From contig MQRK01179368.1 of the NCBI GenBank assembly GCA_001938485.1, positions 5,408-54,853 of the forward strand: DNA of 49,446 bases, written 5' to 3'. Source of the DNA: Girardia tigrina (taxonomy: Eukaryota). A program made the translations under genes and the position numbers. The notes below the pieces were generated by a model, which saw only the letters and a program-made list of their open reading frames with translations, was not told where the DNA came from and did no database searches. Positions 12,601-23,286 of this stretch are shown one piece after another; the stretch's first letter is position 1; each line of letters opens with the position of its first letter.

Positions 12601-13002
12601 CGAAAAACCCTATAAAAACAATCGAATTTTCGATACGAAAAATTTTGAGAATCATATTTAATTAATTTTGACCGGAGAGATAAATATCGAATTTCCCATT
12701 TAAACAATCTCACTTACTTTCTCATGAATACAAATATTAATAAAAATTTTTTTATTAGATGAATCATACAATTTAATACAGTAACCTTGAAATGAACATT
12801 ATTTATAGTAAAAATAAAAATTCATGAAAAATAACCCGGTTCTGGATTTATTACGATAAAGTCGGATTTATTCAATTCTTTTGGTTTATCATCCTTTAGC
12901 TTAAAGAAAAACATTTAAAAACTTACTTTTAGTGAAAAATTATACCTCTGATAAGAGTCTTTCCAGATATTCGGATTTGATTTCACTTTTATCGTATTCC
13001 AT
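1..13002 (-). CDS. PIH1D1: PIH1 domain-containing protein 1 (R2TP co-chaperone subunit); spliced, 3' end outside the window. Exons 13002-12946, 12899-12836, 12785-12718, 9422-9302, 3882-3739, 3682-3586, 497-290, 225-82, 29-<1
   Basis: All introns are GT-AG with consistent phases. The joined peptide MEYDKSEIKSEYLERLLSE..INPEPGYCIKLYDSSNKKIFINICIHEKMPQ..FRIPMSIGEPHSEKDHGGDECVCYDVVINP..EGIEDKY..DWKILQNK..FVAEIKLPKLRSSRGLELKIGKNRVVL..VLTLTMTVD is colinear with recalled PIH1D1 motifs (PGFCIK, KVFINIC, FRIPMSLGEPH, YDV, EGLEDKY, AEVDLPKL, LEIGENRLV). Confidence 0.93.
82..225 (-). CDS. PIH1D1: PIH1D1 coding exon 8 (CS-like C-terminal domain)
   Basis: ccatag|AGA acceptor; RSSRGLELKIGKNRVVLESRTKIYDLDFHLP..NK|GTGATG. 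Confidence 0.92.
290..497 (-). CDS. PIH1D1: PIH1D1 coding exon 7 (may contain a further 48-nt intron at 431-384)
   Basis: CAGCAG tandem acceptor; open frame ending EYFVAEIKLPKL|GTGAGA. Confidence 0.85.
847..1300 (-). mobile_element. Non-autonomous Helitron-like element, 3' portion
   Basis: On the minus strand it ends with a CCGTCAT-ATA-TGACG hairpin followed by CTAG|T. It is near-identical to 9698-10160, and a further scrap lies at about 2543-2594. Confidence 0.75.
1640..2025 (-). mobile_element. Non-LTR retrotransposon (RTE/L2-like) reverse transcriptase fragment
   Basis: LAYADDLCLL, GLKINIGKTKIL, FCYLGSII and DIKARIQK motifs in ORF 1629-2054. Confidence 0.85.
2026..2490 (-). mobile_element. 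Penelope-like element fragment (RT thumb, linker, start of GIY-YIG)
   Basis: IKGFVHRVW, KIPY, and NLVYKFNCHGCQNSY (VY-C-C-Y motif); similar to the PLE at 19.9 kb. Confidence 0.8.
2593..2917 (+). mobile_element. hAT (Buster/Charlie-type) 3' fragment with right TIR
   Basis: CEQLVSSMNFIKNNFRNKLNDESLQCCIKL dimerisation motif; terminus AAAAGGTTGCCGACCGCTG followed by gcctaaac. Confidence 0.8.
2925..3258 (+). mobile_element. Degenerate mariner transposase C-terminal fragment
   Basis: HDNAPIHT, LPHP..., LRGCHFSSKEDLQHAVSEF and FEHAFIDLAKRW across broken frames. Confidence 0.75.
3586..3682 (-). CDS. PIH1D1: PIH1D1 coding exon 6
   Basis: ttttcag|AC acceptor; WKILQNKKAHGQIKEQYLRTSSKPLIIDCDQ; donor AG|GTAAT. 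Confidence 0.9.
3739..3882 (-). CDS. PIH1D1: PIH1D1 coding exon 5
   Basis: ttgcag|GC acceptor; DECVCYDVVINPKF..EGIEDKYKLTLKR; 56-nt intron follows. Confidence 0.93.
3961..5640 (+). repeat. AT-rich dispersed repeat, copy A (3961-4053 and 5371-5640, split by the DD37E insertion)
   Basis: After removing 4054-5370 the sequence is near-identical to 6461-6800. Confidence 0.8.
4054..5368 (+). mobile_element. Tc1/mariner superfamily DD37E (ITmD37E/TRT-like) element, frameshifted
   Basis: TIRs AGGTGTGTCCACTAAAAAAGTGCACAAG; TA duplication confirmed by the empty site in repeat copy B (6529-6543); motifs FVLDDESY, FWPDLASCHY and NPP..RPIEKFW, with 37 residues between the second D and E. Confidence 0.9.
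5728..6463 (+). mobile_element. Ty3/Gypsy LTR-retrotransposon integrase fragment with in-frame stops
   Basis: DIFGP..IDHFSKY, IHCDCGKSF, SPYYHNTNGIIER, FAINATK and a GPY/F-like FEGHYEI..RSYRL module. Confidence 0.88.
6461..7356 (+). repeat. AT-rich dispersed repeat, copy B
   Basis: Direct repeat of copy A, and colinear with the diverged copy C at about 30125-30858. Confidence 0.75.
7461..8742 (+). mobile_element. Degenerate internally deleted hAT element (BED zinc finger plus DDE start)
   Basis: GRKSDADWNNF..RAVCNKY..MKKHLLEC; EHPQFKKMVSSLRPGYDPPS; MLDGWSNVQNE; GATTTAAATC-like subterminal motifs. Boundaries approximate. Confidence 0.75.
9302..9422 (-). CDS. PIH1D1: PIH1D1 coding exon 4
   Basis: aacag|ATG acceptor; contains FRIPMSIGEPHSEKDH; donor G|GTAAAG. 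Confidence 0.94.
9698..10406 (-). mobile_element. Non-autonomous Helitron-like element next to a (TA)n run
   Basis: 3' hairpin CCCGTCATGTATGACGGG plus CTAG|T; (GTTT)n near the 5' end; internal diverged direct repeat (about 9800-9955 vs 10180-10350). Confidence 0.78.
10540..10777 (+). mobile_element. Helitron-like 3' end, same family, opposite orientation
   Basis: CCGTCATATATGACGGGTCTTTTTCTAG|T; 10545-10610 matches 29920-29975. Confidence 0.72.
12718..12785 (-). CDS. PIH1D1: PIH1D1 coding exon 3
   Basis: GYCIKLYDSSNKKIFINICIHEK; donor AAA|GTAAGT. Confidence 0.92.
12836..12899 (-). CDS. PIH1D1: PIH1D1 coding exon 2
   Basis: tttaag|CTA acceptor; LKDDKPKELNKSDFIVINPEP; phase-1 donor G|GTTATT; 50-nt intron. 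Confidence 0.85.
12946..13002 (-). CDS. PIH1D1: PIH1D1 coding exon 1 (MEYDKSEIKSEYLERLLSE)
   Basis: ATG at 13002, donor GAG|GTATA, followed by a 46-nt intron. Confidence 0.8.
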
Positions 13003-13187
13003 AGAAATAATTTTAAATTAATCTTAGGGATAAACTAAATATTGATATAGTAAAACAAACAGAAATATTCATAATAAATTGTTTTTTCTAATTAATTTCT
13101 AGATTTTCATAATAATTCTAAAAAAACAAAAGAAATAAGAAATAATAATTTTTCAAACTCATTCGAGATGTTAATCTACAATTCGAC

Positions 13188-13261
13188 AGCTGGTTGACGG
13201 GGACCAAATTATTCAAAATCATTTTTTTAAAAAAAACAGTTTTGGTTCACCGTCAACAGCT
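13188..13261. repeat. Short inverted repeat about 190 bp upstream of the PIH1D1 ATG
   Basis: AGCTGGTTGACGGGGACCAAA ... TTTGGTTCACCGTCAACAGCT. Confidence 0.7.
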
Positions 13262-15205
13262 ATAATAATTGTATTGGAATATTTTTTGTAAAAATTTTTT
13301 TCATTAATATCATAAATAATAATAATATTTTACAAGTAATTTAATTTTATACATTTTTTCTATGTTTATTAAATAAATACTTACTGTTTGTTCGAATAAC
13401 AATGTTTTTCGTTCCACCGCGGAAAATTATCATGTTTGTAACAATCATGATTGTTGATCGTAATAATATTTTCGAAATTTTAAATGGGAAAATATGGAAA
13501 ACATAAACGTTATAAAATATAAATATATTCAATAAAAGTCAAACAATATTTTATTTTAGAAAAAATAATAATAAAAAATTCATTTACACAAATGAAGCGA
13601 GGAAAAAATTAGTAACCATAACACAAATTTACTTACAGATTTATGAGATGTGAATCTTCACTTAATTAATGTGATGACTGAGTTTGAGAAAAAAATAAGT
13701 AGTGATTGATATTTATACCCCAAAAAAATTGGTAATAAGACAAAATTATGCTTTATTTAAAATTACCGTGATTGTGGTGGTCTTGATAACAACTGGGGGA
13801 AGATACCATAATTTCCCTCTCTGAGTTTATAAGTGTAGAATTAGTAGACATTTCTTGCTGATTTGTGTGTTCATAGAATGCGCACACTGGCAATTCCTGC
13901 TGACAGAAATTCATTCAAAAGTAAAATGTCTCCTTTAAAAAATCTCTTATTTTTGACAAATTTCTAACACATAATTGAATGGCTAATTTTTATCATTAGA
14001 TTTTGAGATATTTTGAACCAATTAAAATGACAGCGATTTCGGCACTCCATCAGAAATTAAAAGTTTTCTCCTTCGTCATAGTTTGAGTATAAATCTTCTG
14101 GATTCACTGATTTCATAGATTATTGGGTTTTAATTTATTTTTAACAGTACTAGTTTACCAATTTAGATTGTTAATAAAATTTTCTTAAAAAAAATAGAAA
14201 TGTTATATTAAACTTTCAATATAAATCGGAAAAAAATTTAGAGAAAAATTGATATACTTTTTTTCTAATATTTAAATTTTTTGAAAAAAATAAATATTTG
14301 ATTTCTTTTTCTTATGTCAAGAAATTATAATTGTTAAAAAAGAAAAAAATCAAAACAGGATGTTGTTGAATCATTTGCCGGGAATAATTTCAAATGGGGA
14401 AATAAATATTTTTTTGGATGAAATATTTAATAATTTTTTTTTCAAAATTACTTTCATTAGAAAATATTTGAGGAAATAATAAAACTAAAATTATTCGAAA
14501 AATCAAGAAATTAAAATAATTAAATTTTTAAGAATTGATAATAATATTTTAGATTTTTTAGTTAAAACAATTTATTATTTTATATTCTAAAAATTAAATT
14601 TTATTATTATTTAGATGACATGAAAAATTTTTTACTGCTAGTATTTTTTAAAGTTGCGTTTTAATTAAGTTTTGAAGAACTATTTTATATTTTTTTCAAA
14701 TTAAAAAATTATATACTGTTAAAGCATGAAAAGATTTCGATTTATTAAAATTATTTGATGTAAAATATTAATTATAAATATGAATGATTGTTAATTTGTA
14801 TAATTTCATAATATTTATTTATAATTGACCTAGCTGTAAATTTAAATAAGTTTGGAAAAATGGGGGACCAATGACGCTTTTTTGGCATCAAGCCAAGTAT
14901 TTAGAAAAGAATTTCCTTATCAGTAAAGACTGTAGAACCATTTTTTTCAATAGGAAAATTTTAGTTTTGATTGGTTTTACTGCTGAAAATGTTTTTCATA
15001 CGTTGACCTCTTCAAATTTCTTCGGATCCATGAAAAGTTCCAGACTACCTCAGCGGTGGCACAATGAATTTACCTGCGGTCGAAATGAGACCGATCTTAA
15101 CATACATGTATATTCATATCCAGCATGAATTCCATCTCTCAATGTTAATAGGCTAAAGTCGGAGTTTAAGTACTTTTTCTTTTAATTTCTGTAAAACGTC
15201 ATCAC

Positions 15206-16115
15206 CTAGAGTGCGATTTTACGGGCATCGGACATGGTGTACGGGCAACGGATAGGGCATGGGCATTGGAACGGGCTTAGATTTCGTTAATTGTTATATA
15301 TTATATAGTATATTATATATAATGCATTTTAAATAATATATTAAAACATTAATAAAAACAAATAAAGGAATAATAAGATTTATAGATTGAGCAGCACATG
15401 TCAAAGATAGAACCGAAGGCCTTGTAGAAGAAACTACATTCGTAGCAGAAATCATATTTTTGGCATTATCGATAATGCACGAAATTACAACAATCTCGTA
15501 ATTGCCCAAAATTTCCAAAGCTTGTAGAATTAAATTTGAAGTAGTGACCGTCGTATTGCCTAGAAAGGCAGCTAATAAGAAAAACAGGTGTATTTGAATT
15601 GTCTTCAAAAAATAAAATGATTGAAAGATGCTTTTCCATCAGTGGCCAACAACGCCCATTTTTCACTTCGGTTTTCAAAAAATTCCTTTTTCAGATTTGT
15701 GGTGATTTTTGTTATTTCACTTCGAACAACATCACGCGGAATTTTTGCGACTTTTGATCGTTTAACTATGATAGTATCTTCAAAACAATGTAAAGGCAAA
15801 GCATATTTAGAAAAGCGCAAAGATAAGACAGCTTTGGAGGTAGCTGATAATGAGAAAAACGATTCTTTTTTAATCTTTGAAAAGTTTAAATTCAGAAATA
15901 ATGGCTGACGAGATGAACTTCTCATTTTTGTTTAATGGTAAAAAACACAAAAATTGATAAAAATCAAATATTAATTTTATTAGACTTTTAAACTTAACTA
16001 CTTAATCAGATATTTAGTACGGCCCGTGTCCGTACAGGTCAGGGGCTCAAATTGCGGGTCCGGGCAGACAAAATGTTATAGCAACGGGTATGGGCGGGGT
16101 ACGGGCCCACCCTAG
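15206..16115 (-). mobile_element. Internally deleted hAT element
   Basis: Perfect 8-bp TSD GTCATCAC; termini CTAGAGTG/CACCCTAG; ACGGGC subterminal repeats; transposase motifs ATDG, IIDNAKNM and CAAQSINL. Confidence 0.9.
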
Positions 16116-16625
16116 GTCATCACATTTTAAAATCCAACAGGAAGAAATTATGGTGATTGTAGAAAAAAAATATGTAAATATATAAAATATTGTTTGGAAT
16201 TTTTCGAAATCGTTGTTTATATGACCGATTTTGGGGGATGGTCGCGACGATTCTATTTTGTAAAAATTGGTTTTTAAAAGGTTTGAAATAGTTAATTTTG
16301 AGACCTTTTTTAGATTCCTACATTGATCTTGTTTTTTATATTATTGTGTTACTTAGTTATTTTTAATATTGATAATTATATTCATTATGTATTTTCCACG
16401 AAAAATCAACAAAACCGAATTCAACACGATAAACTGATAATAATAGAACTGACAAAAAACTGACAACCAACTCTAGACAAACCTTTCTCATAAAGAAATC
16501 AAAATATTCAAATTAACATTTCATCAACAAAAAAATATTTATGGTTAGAATATAGAATTACCCCTCCCCGTCAGGTATGGTACCATTTTATTGTAGATTG
16601 ATCTTTAGTTTACGAGTATTCATTA

Positions 16626-17008
16626 TATGGGTCGGTACGTTTAACGTTTAAACGCCCGTTTGAACGTTTAGTTTCATAATTTGTAGTAAACGTTTAGCAA
16701 TCATTAAACACTTTTAACCGTATTTTTTAATGTTTATTTTTCTTTGATTAGACACAAAAATAATTATCTGAACATTTTACTATCATATAATTCTGTAAAT
16801 GTATTTGTTATACTATTCCCATCACCAGAAAAGCGCATCTTACGCATCTTGACAGAAAATTTCCAATGTCACTGTAATATTCTCAAGACACAGTTTTCGG
16901 AAAATTTTCACTTCAAAACGCTACAGGAGTAATTCACCATTGAGGCTCACAGCAATCGTCATTGTAGTTTACCCACTACAGTCATACACAGATTTTATAT
17001 AGTTAAAA

Positions 17009-17060
<52 letters not shown>

Positions 17061-17766
17061 TTTAATTTTAATGAATGTGGCTCCCCTCTTCTGAGAAGGG
17101 TACTATTGTAATATCTCAAGACATGAAGATTTTTTTAGTTTTGTTACATATTTTTCGAGGTACCTCGAATTAATTTTTTTGTGTGATGTATTTATTTATT
17201 TGTTGTGCCTTATTTATCTGTTAAATATAAAGATAATACACAACCGAAAATAAGAAGTTTTTTTTAAAGAAGAGAAAGAAAAGGTAAGAAAATGGCCCCT
17301 GCCTTTATTTATTCAATTATAATTATTTAAAATATGAAAATAATATAAAAATCAATGGAATATTAATGATTCCATAAAAAATTCAAATTTATATGTGTGT
17401 TGTAGGATTTGACAAATACTGCGAGGTAAAATATAAAATAGACCAGTTATGTAAATCTAGACTGAACACTCTGGGAGTGTAAATACGGGGTAGAATAGGT
17501 AGACATCATGGGTGAGTTAAGATGGGCAGTACAATTTGAAATATTTGAGTAATGAGAGACCCAACAGGACAAATCTATATGCGAGTATCAGAGAGTCGGT
17601 GTGTATGGTAAATGTGTGGTTAAAGTAATAGTTGGATAAAGTAATGTGCTCTTTATGTAATGTTTATGTAATATGCTTATTGAAATGTGGTGTACCAGTG
17701 GAGAGTTTTATCGAAAACCAAACAAATAATTAATAATTTTTTTAATAAAATAATTTTGTGTAGTAG

Positions 17767-17801
<35 letters not shown>

Positions 17802-18477
17802 CCTTGAAAAAAAATCAAAGCAAACTGCGACAAAAACAACAAAAAAAACAAACAAATTACAGAAACTATAAGAAATAAAAAAATAAAATAAGCATTAAAT
17901 GATATAATCAAACAAAATAGTTAATTCAATACGGAAATAATTATTTGGCCTCACTTGCCGATTAGAAGTTTCATCTCTAATATTTTTGAGAAAGTTGTAC
18001 TTATGATTAACAAATATAAATTCCTAAAATAATCGGTGTTAATTTCCACCCCAATAAAATTTATTTCATCAATTATGGAGCTGGGTTCGAGCTACGAACA
18101 ATTAACGCAACCCTCGAATTAATTCAATGCAATTCAGATCAAATTAGTGTAATTTCATTGAATAATATTAAGGAACGAAATAACTCAATTATTTACACCA
18201 AACAAAAACATACGAATCACCAACAGATTGTTTGCATACATGGCATTCAGCGACTGTATCGAGTAAACCATACATATATTATATATTGATATGTATTTAC
18301 TTATATTATATACCATATATATATTAATTTTAGAAAAAACTAATTTAGTGAAAGCCGTGAAGTTTTTGTTCATATATTGTTTTATTTCATACATTAAAAG
18401 TACTCATTTCGTCTTTAGAATTTTCGGTTAAACGAATGGTTAAACATTTTCCATTTTACTAAACTTGCCGAACCATA
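16626..18477 (-). mobile_element. Old degenerate hAT element with nested inserts
   Basis: 8-bp TSD ATTCATTA; imperfect TIRs TATGGGTCGGTACGTTTA / TATGGTTCGGCAAGTTTA; AAACG subterminal repeats; relic AECHVCK (BED) and FSGDGNSIT (dimerisation) peptides. Confidence 0.75.
17013..17056. repeat. (TA)n microsatellite; others at about 9672-9697, 17769-17797, 25748-25783, 32622-32647 and 41488-41517
   Basis: Read directly from the sequence. Confidence 0.95.
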
Positions 18478-18836
18478 ATTCATTATTTTTTAGTATTGTT
18501 TATATAGACTTGTACGATATTGCTTGAAAAGATCTTTACGTTAAAAGAGTCTTTGAAACGACTTTGATTTAAACTTTCCATTTATAACCTTTTCACACAT
18601 GCTCTCTGATTGAGGATTATTGAAAAACCTAGTATAATTGAAATGTTAAAACCTACCTTTTGTTTTATGCATTCAAATATCAAACTTTTCTAAGTAATTT
18701 ATTTAAAAACGGAAATAACATTTATCAAATTTTAATAAGGAAATAATTTGAATCATATTTAATTAACTTAAAATAAATCTAAGCATTTTAAACGATAGTA
18801 AAATATATTTTGTAACAAACACAAAATATTAATATA

Positions 18837-19113
18837 TTCGGTTGTCAAGTATGAAATTTATAGGCATGATTCCCATAAATTCAAATAGTTATAATTTGAT
18901 AATGACTTAACATTTTGTTGTTCAGTTTTTTGTTGATTGCTACATATCTTGGTTATTGAACAAATCAATAAAAATTAAAATTATTGATAAATTTCACTTA
19001 AATTGCAAATGTGTGTCGATAATATGGGTGCATACTTTGATGAATGACATAAATAATTGTATTGGTAAATTATCAATAAACTTTGACTACAAATTTCATA
19101 TTTGACTACCTAA
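18837..19113. mobile_element. Mariner-derived MITE
   Basis: About 27-bp TIRs TT(C/A)GGT(T/A)GTCAA(G/A)TATGAAATTT(A/G)TAG, flanked by TA. Confidence 0.8.
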
Positions 19114-19649
19114 TATTTACAACGTATAATAATCTCAACGATTTTCTCGCATAATTTAAGACACTCTAATAAAAGAATAACCTTATAGGTTTAGAAAAAT
19201 ATTTACAATCCCCCTTCAGAAATTTCATGACAAACATCAAAAAACCAAAATAAATAAAATTGAGATATTATTAATTAATTAATTAATAATAATAATTATT
19301 ATTTTTGTTAGTTATTAACATTTTCCTGGGTAAATAAATACATAGTTTTAAGATTATTTCAATGTTTTATCAGCCAAGTCAATTCCGTTTAAAATAATAG
19401 TTGTGTTAGCGTAATGTTTATTTATTTGTTTTAAATTAAGTCTGCTCAACATTTGGCATATATTTCATTTCCAAGCTAAATAAACAGTAATTTTTTTTAA
19501 CATTAACGACTATTCTATTTCAAAGCAATAAGTAATGGGTAAAAATTTTCTTCAGATTTAAAAATATTAATTCGAGATTTTATCCTGCTTCTAAAAAACA
19601 TTTACCCTTTATAGAAAACTCCGAATTGAGGTTGAGATTTCTTTGCAAA

Positions 19650-20458
19650 TCAAACAATAAAGGGTGTGGTAATTAATTTTAAGGATGGGCCAAAATTTAA
19701 TTTGCAATATAATATGCAAGATAAAATAACATTTTTCATTTATCAAGTTTAAGTTTAGGCTTTATCAGGATTTTGGGAAGATCACATAAATTTTTGAATT
19801 TTAGTATTTAAAATCTTTTAAAGGAATTTTCAGAATATTTAAAAAAATAAGTTCAAAAGCAATCTTGCAACACTAATGATAAAAGTTTAGACATTTGATA
19901 TATGTTAACTGTACCATATTCAGAGATGTTTAAAATATTTAAAAATTATTTTTGGAAAGCGTTTGATAATGCAATAAGTTTAAAAGTAATATCCCACACT
20001 CAGAAAATTGAAAGCATGTTCAGCAATAAATCTCCAACTCCATTGGGATTGTGTTCGGATCTCATTTACCAATATACATGTATTGGGTGTAACGCCACAC
20101 ACATTGGAGAGACCTCACATCATCTCTGTAAGAGAATCTAGGAACACAGTCGTAATGAAGGTGGAAGTAACATTGCAGGACAGAAGACACTGTAAAGGAG
20201 ATATAAATTCACAACACTTTAAAATTCTGTGCACTCAATTTTAAAATTATTGGGAGAGAGTAACATGTGAAGCGTTATATATTAGATCTTTGGATCCTAA
20301 AATTAACGTTCATTCTCTACAACTTTGTTGAGATTTTTTAAATGATGTACTGATGACGTATTGATTGCACAACCATTAACTGCACTAGATAAGTAAATCT
20401 CGTTTGAAAAATTATTTGTTCTGACGATGACGGTTAAACCGTCGAAATTAATAAATTT
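19650..20458 (+). mobile_element. Penelope-like element 3' fragment (GIY-YIG endonuclease plus 3' terminal region)
   Basis: LIYQYTCIGCNATHIGETSHHLCKRI*EH..FKIL..ERVTCEALYIRSLDPKIN, followed by a hammerhead core. Left boundary approximate. Confidence 0.85.
20414..20458 (+). ncRNA. Minimal hammerhead ribozyme core, probably degenerate (weak stem I)
   Basis: CTGACGA-T-GACGGT-TAA-ACCGTC-GAAA-TTAAT-A. Confidence 0.6.
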
Positions 20459-20571
20459 TAATTGGTTTGGAAATTTTTTATTCGAAAGTTTGCCAATTCT
20501 ATTCAAATTTATTCACAATTATGTAAAAATGGTTTGTGCAAAAGAAAAATTGTTACTCGAAAATATGTTAG

Positions 20572-20870
20572 AAAAAATTTTTTTTATAAAAACAACCACG
20601 TTTTTCAAGCATTACCAATGCACTAAAAAGAGGAAAATAATTTTTTTCTAGACATGTGAGAAATTTTATACCTAACCAAAAACGTGGGGCGGATTTCTGA
20701 ATTACTGCTATTTCCTCTTTACTGCTTTTTAGTAACAATCGATTATTTCTATGCTCCACGTTTTTAGTTAGGTTTAAAATTTCTCACATGTCTAGAAAAA
20801 AATTATTTTCCTCTTTTTAGTGCATTGGTAATGCTTGAAAAACGTGGTTGTTTTTATAAAAAAATTTTTT
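20572..20870. repeat. About 300-bp fold-back (arms about 118 bp), MITE- or Helentron-associated
   Basis: 20572-20690 is the near-perfect reverse complement of 20753-20870. Confidence 0.85.
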
Positions 20871-20899
20871 ATTAATAATATTATTTAACTATTTTTAGT

Positions 20900-21220
20900 T
20901 ATTTAGGAATTTTTTTTCAAAATTTTTTTTTATCAAATTGTATTGTCATCGGAAGCAAGCCTGTATAAAACTTCATTCATGAAAATAAACGAAAAGATTG
21001 CTATTTAATACAGTGTATAAATTTGTAGATAATCGTAAGTGGTTTTTTGCAAAAAAAATTAGAGAAAATTATTTTTTTTCAAAAATTCTTTTATCAAATT
21101 GTATTGTCATTGGAAGCAAGCTGAATTGGATGACTAAAAGTGGTCGAAAAATCAATCGCAAGATTTGTTCCAGACAAACAGACAGACAAGAAAGCAAGCT
21201 AATAAAAACGTGGTAAAAAA
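20900..21220 (-). mobile_element. Helentron/DINE-like non-autonomous element end
   Basis: CAGACAAACAGACAGACAAGAAAGCAAGCTAATAAAAACGTGGTAAAAAA terminus; internal direct repeat of about 31 bp (20930 and 21091). Confidence 0.55.
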
Positions 21221-22124
21221 TAAAAAGAAAATATTTAGTGTTTTATTAATAAAATTTTGGTGAAACGATTTTAACTTTGATATCGAACCTAACAAGCTTT
21301 AACTAAGAAAGTCAACATGTCTCCAAGTCCAACTGTTTTCTACAGAAGGTTTTTCTTCACTACGAGAAGGGTATTTGTTGAGTTCTACGTATCTGACCAC
21401 CAAAGCTATTTTTAAATATTAATATTTATGTTTTATATTTTTCATTGTATTTATTCCTCTTTACTTTTACCCGGTCTTCCCTAGAATGCCTTTCATTGAG
21501 TGAGAATTATAAAGGTGAAAAAATGAAAGAGGAAGAAATACTAAAATTATTATAATTATACTTATAGCTTTAGGTTATGTCGATTAATTTAAATATCACA
21601 AATAAAGAAATTATAAAAATAAACTAATACATTGGTTTCTGCGAATTAGTCAATTTGAATCTCGCATTTATTCTTCTCCAGAGTCGAATTTTTGCGGTTA
21701 GTTTCTCGAAAAAACGCGTCAAAGAAATCAGAGCCCAATATTTTGTCTATTCGAATGTTACAGGGCTACAGACATTCAATCATCAATCATTCACTATATC
21801 ATCGTTTCAATATGGTATCCGGATCCGGATCTCAGCAACATTCCATCCATGGGTTCAACTACGACTGAGTGTTCGGGACTTAAACATTACAGACGAATGA
21901 ATTTGAGCTTTTCTTATCCATAACATTTTGTACCATCTACGTAATTAGTTTTATTTTTAGTTACTCTTTTCATTCTTCAATTGTGTGATCCTATTCTATA
22001 CAAATTCTTGTTCTTTCTGTTATCTACTTTACTATATATCTTAGTAATTAAATTGATTTTATAAAACTAAATTTTCTATCATTTCTTTTATATATAAGAT
22101 TTTCAAATACGAAATTTTTTAAAA

Positions 22125-22265
22125 ATAAAGTCAAACCCATATTATCGACACACTTTTAGCATTTGAGTTGCAGCTTGTTGAGGCCATTTAAATAAAATTT
22201 TGAAAGGCGGTGATTTATAAATTCCTGAAAGACCATTTTTACGGTATCTTCATTTTCTTTACAGT
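22125..22265 (-). mobile_element. Mariner transposase C-terminal scrap
   Basis: ENEDTVKMVFQEFINHRLSKFYLNGLNKL..KCVD. Confidence 0.6.
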
Positions 22266-22639
22266 AATATTTATAAAAACACATTATAAAATTTTAATAA
22301 TAATCAGGAAAATAAATAATTATATATCTCTTCTAAAGTTGTTGATATTGTTCACTAGGATGTGGCATCTATTTATTTTTTAATTTACTATTTAAATTTT
22401 TTCGTACAGGTTAAATTTTTAATTCCATGAGGCATTTAACCCCTCTTGTGGGAGCCTATGCATGTTGTTGTCTGTATCTTCAGTCGTACATCTTTTCAAT
22501 TACTTTGTATAGTTTATAGTATTTGTCTTTTTATTTTAATCCTGTTTAACTCACAAATAATATCCGATGTTGAATTTTCTCTTGACTTGTGTTTCTTTTG
22601 TATTTTCAGTCTCTTTCTGACTATGCTTAGGCCAAAAAT

Positions 22640-23286
22640 TATCTGGTGACATGAACCTAAAAGATCAGTCCCGTTCCAGCTGACCAGCAATAGTTGACGC
22701 CAGAGATTGGAATGCCAAACCTTTGAGGAACAGTTGTGAACTTGCAAAAGAAATGTTTGTTAAGTCACACCAAACAATATTAAATCACGTGCACCAATTA
22801 GATTTTGTATATAAGAAGCCATGACTAGATCCACATGAGTTAACTCCAAGACAAGCTGCCAACAGACGAAAAATTTACAGTGAATTTGCTCAATAATTCT
22901 TCTAACGATCGTTTTTCGAAAGGGATTGTTACATGAAATGAAAAGTGGGTGTACCTTGTCAACCACAATGGGTACAAACTTTGGGTTCATAATGGTCAAT
23001 TAACGTCGTCAGTTACTAAGCCCAATCAATTCTCCAAGAAGATCATGATTTGTGTCTGGTGGAATTTTGAAGGAGTTGTACATTTTGAATTTGTTCCGAA
23101 TGGTAGCACTATCACCTCCGCACTGTATAGTCAACAACAGGAACATGTTTTGTAACAAGTTGAAGTCTAAGTATCCTGCTCTTATCAACCGATGAATAGT
23201 TAGAGGAATTGTTTTTTTCTGTAAATTATTTTTGCAACAAAATACATTTTTTTCTTTGGTGCAATAAAACTTTTTGACCAACATAA
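22640..23286 (+). mobile_element. Degenerate internally deleted mariner
   Basis: SGDMNLKDQSRS, GIVT..EKWV and KKIMICVWWNFEGVVHFEFVPNGSTITSALYSQQ; right TIR AAAACTTTTTGACCAACATAA|TA. Confidence 0.8.

Noticed and set aside
14871-15128. 85-aa plus-strand ORF and other short AT-rich ORFs
   Set aside because: No recognisable domains; consistent with random or antisense frames.
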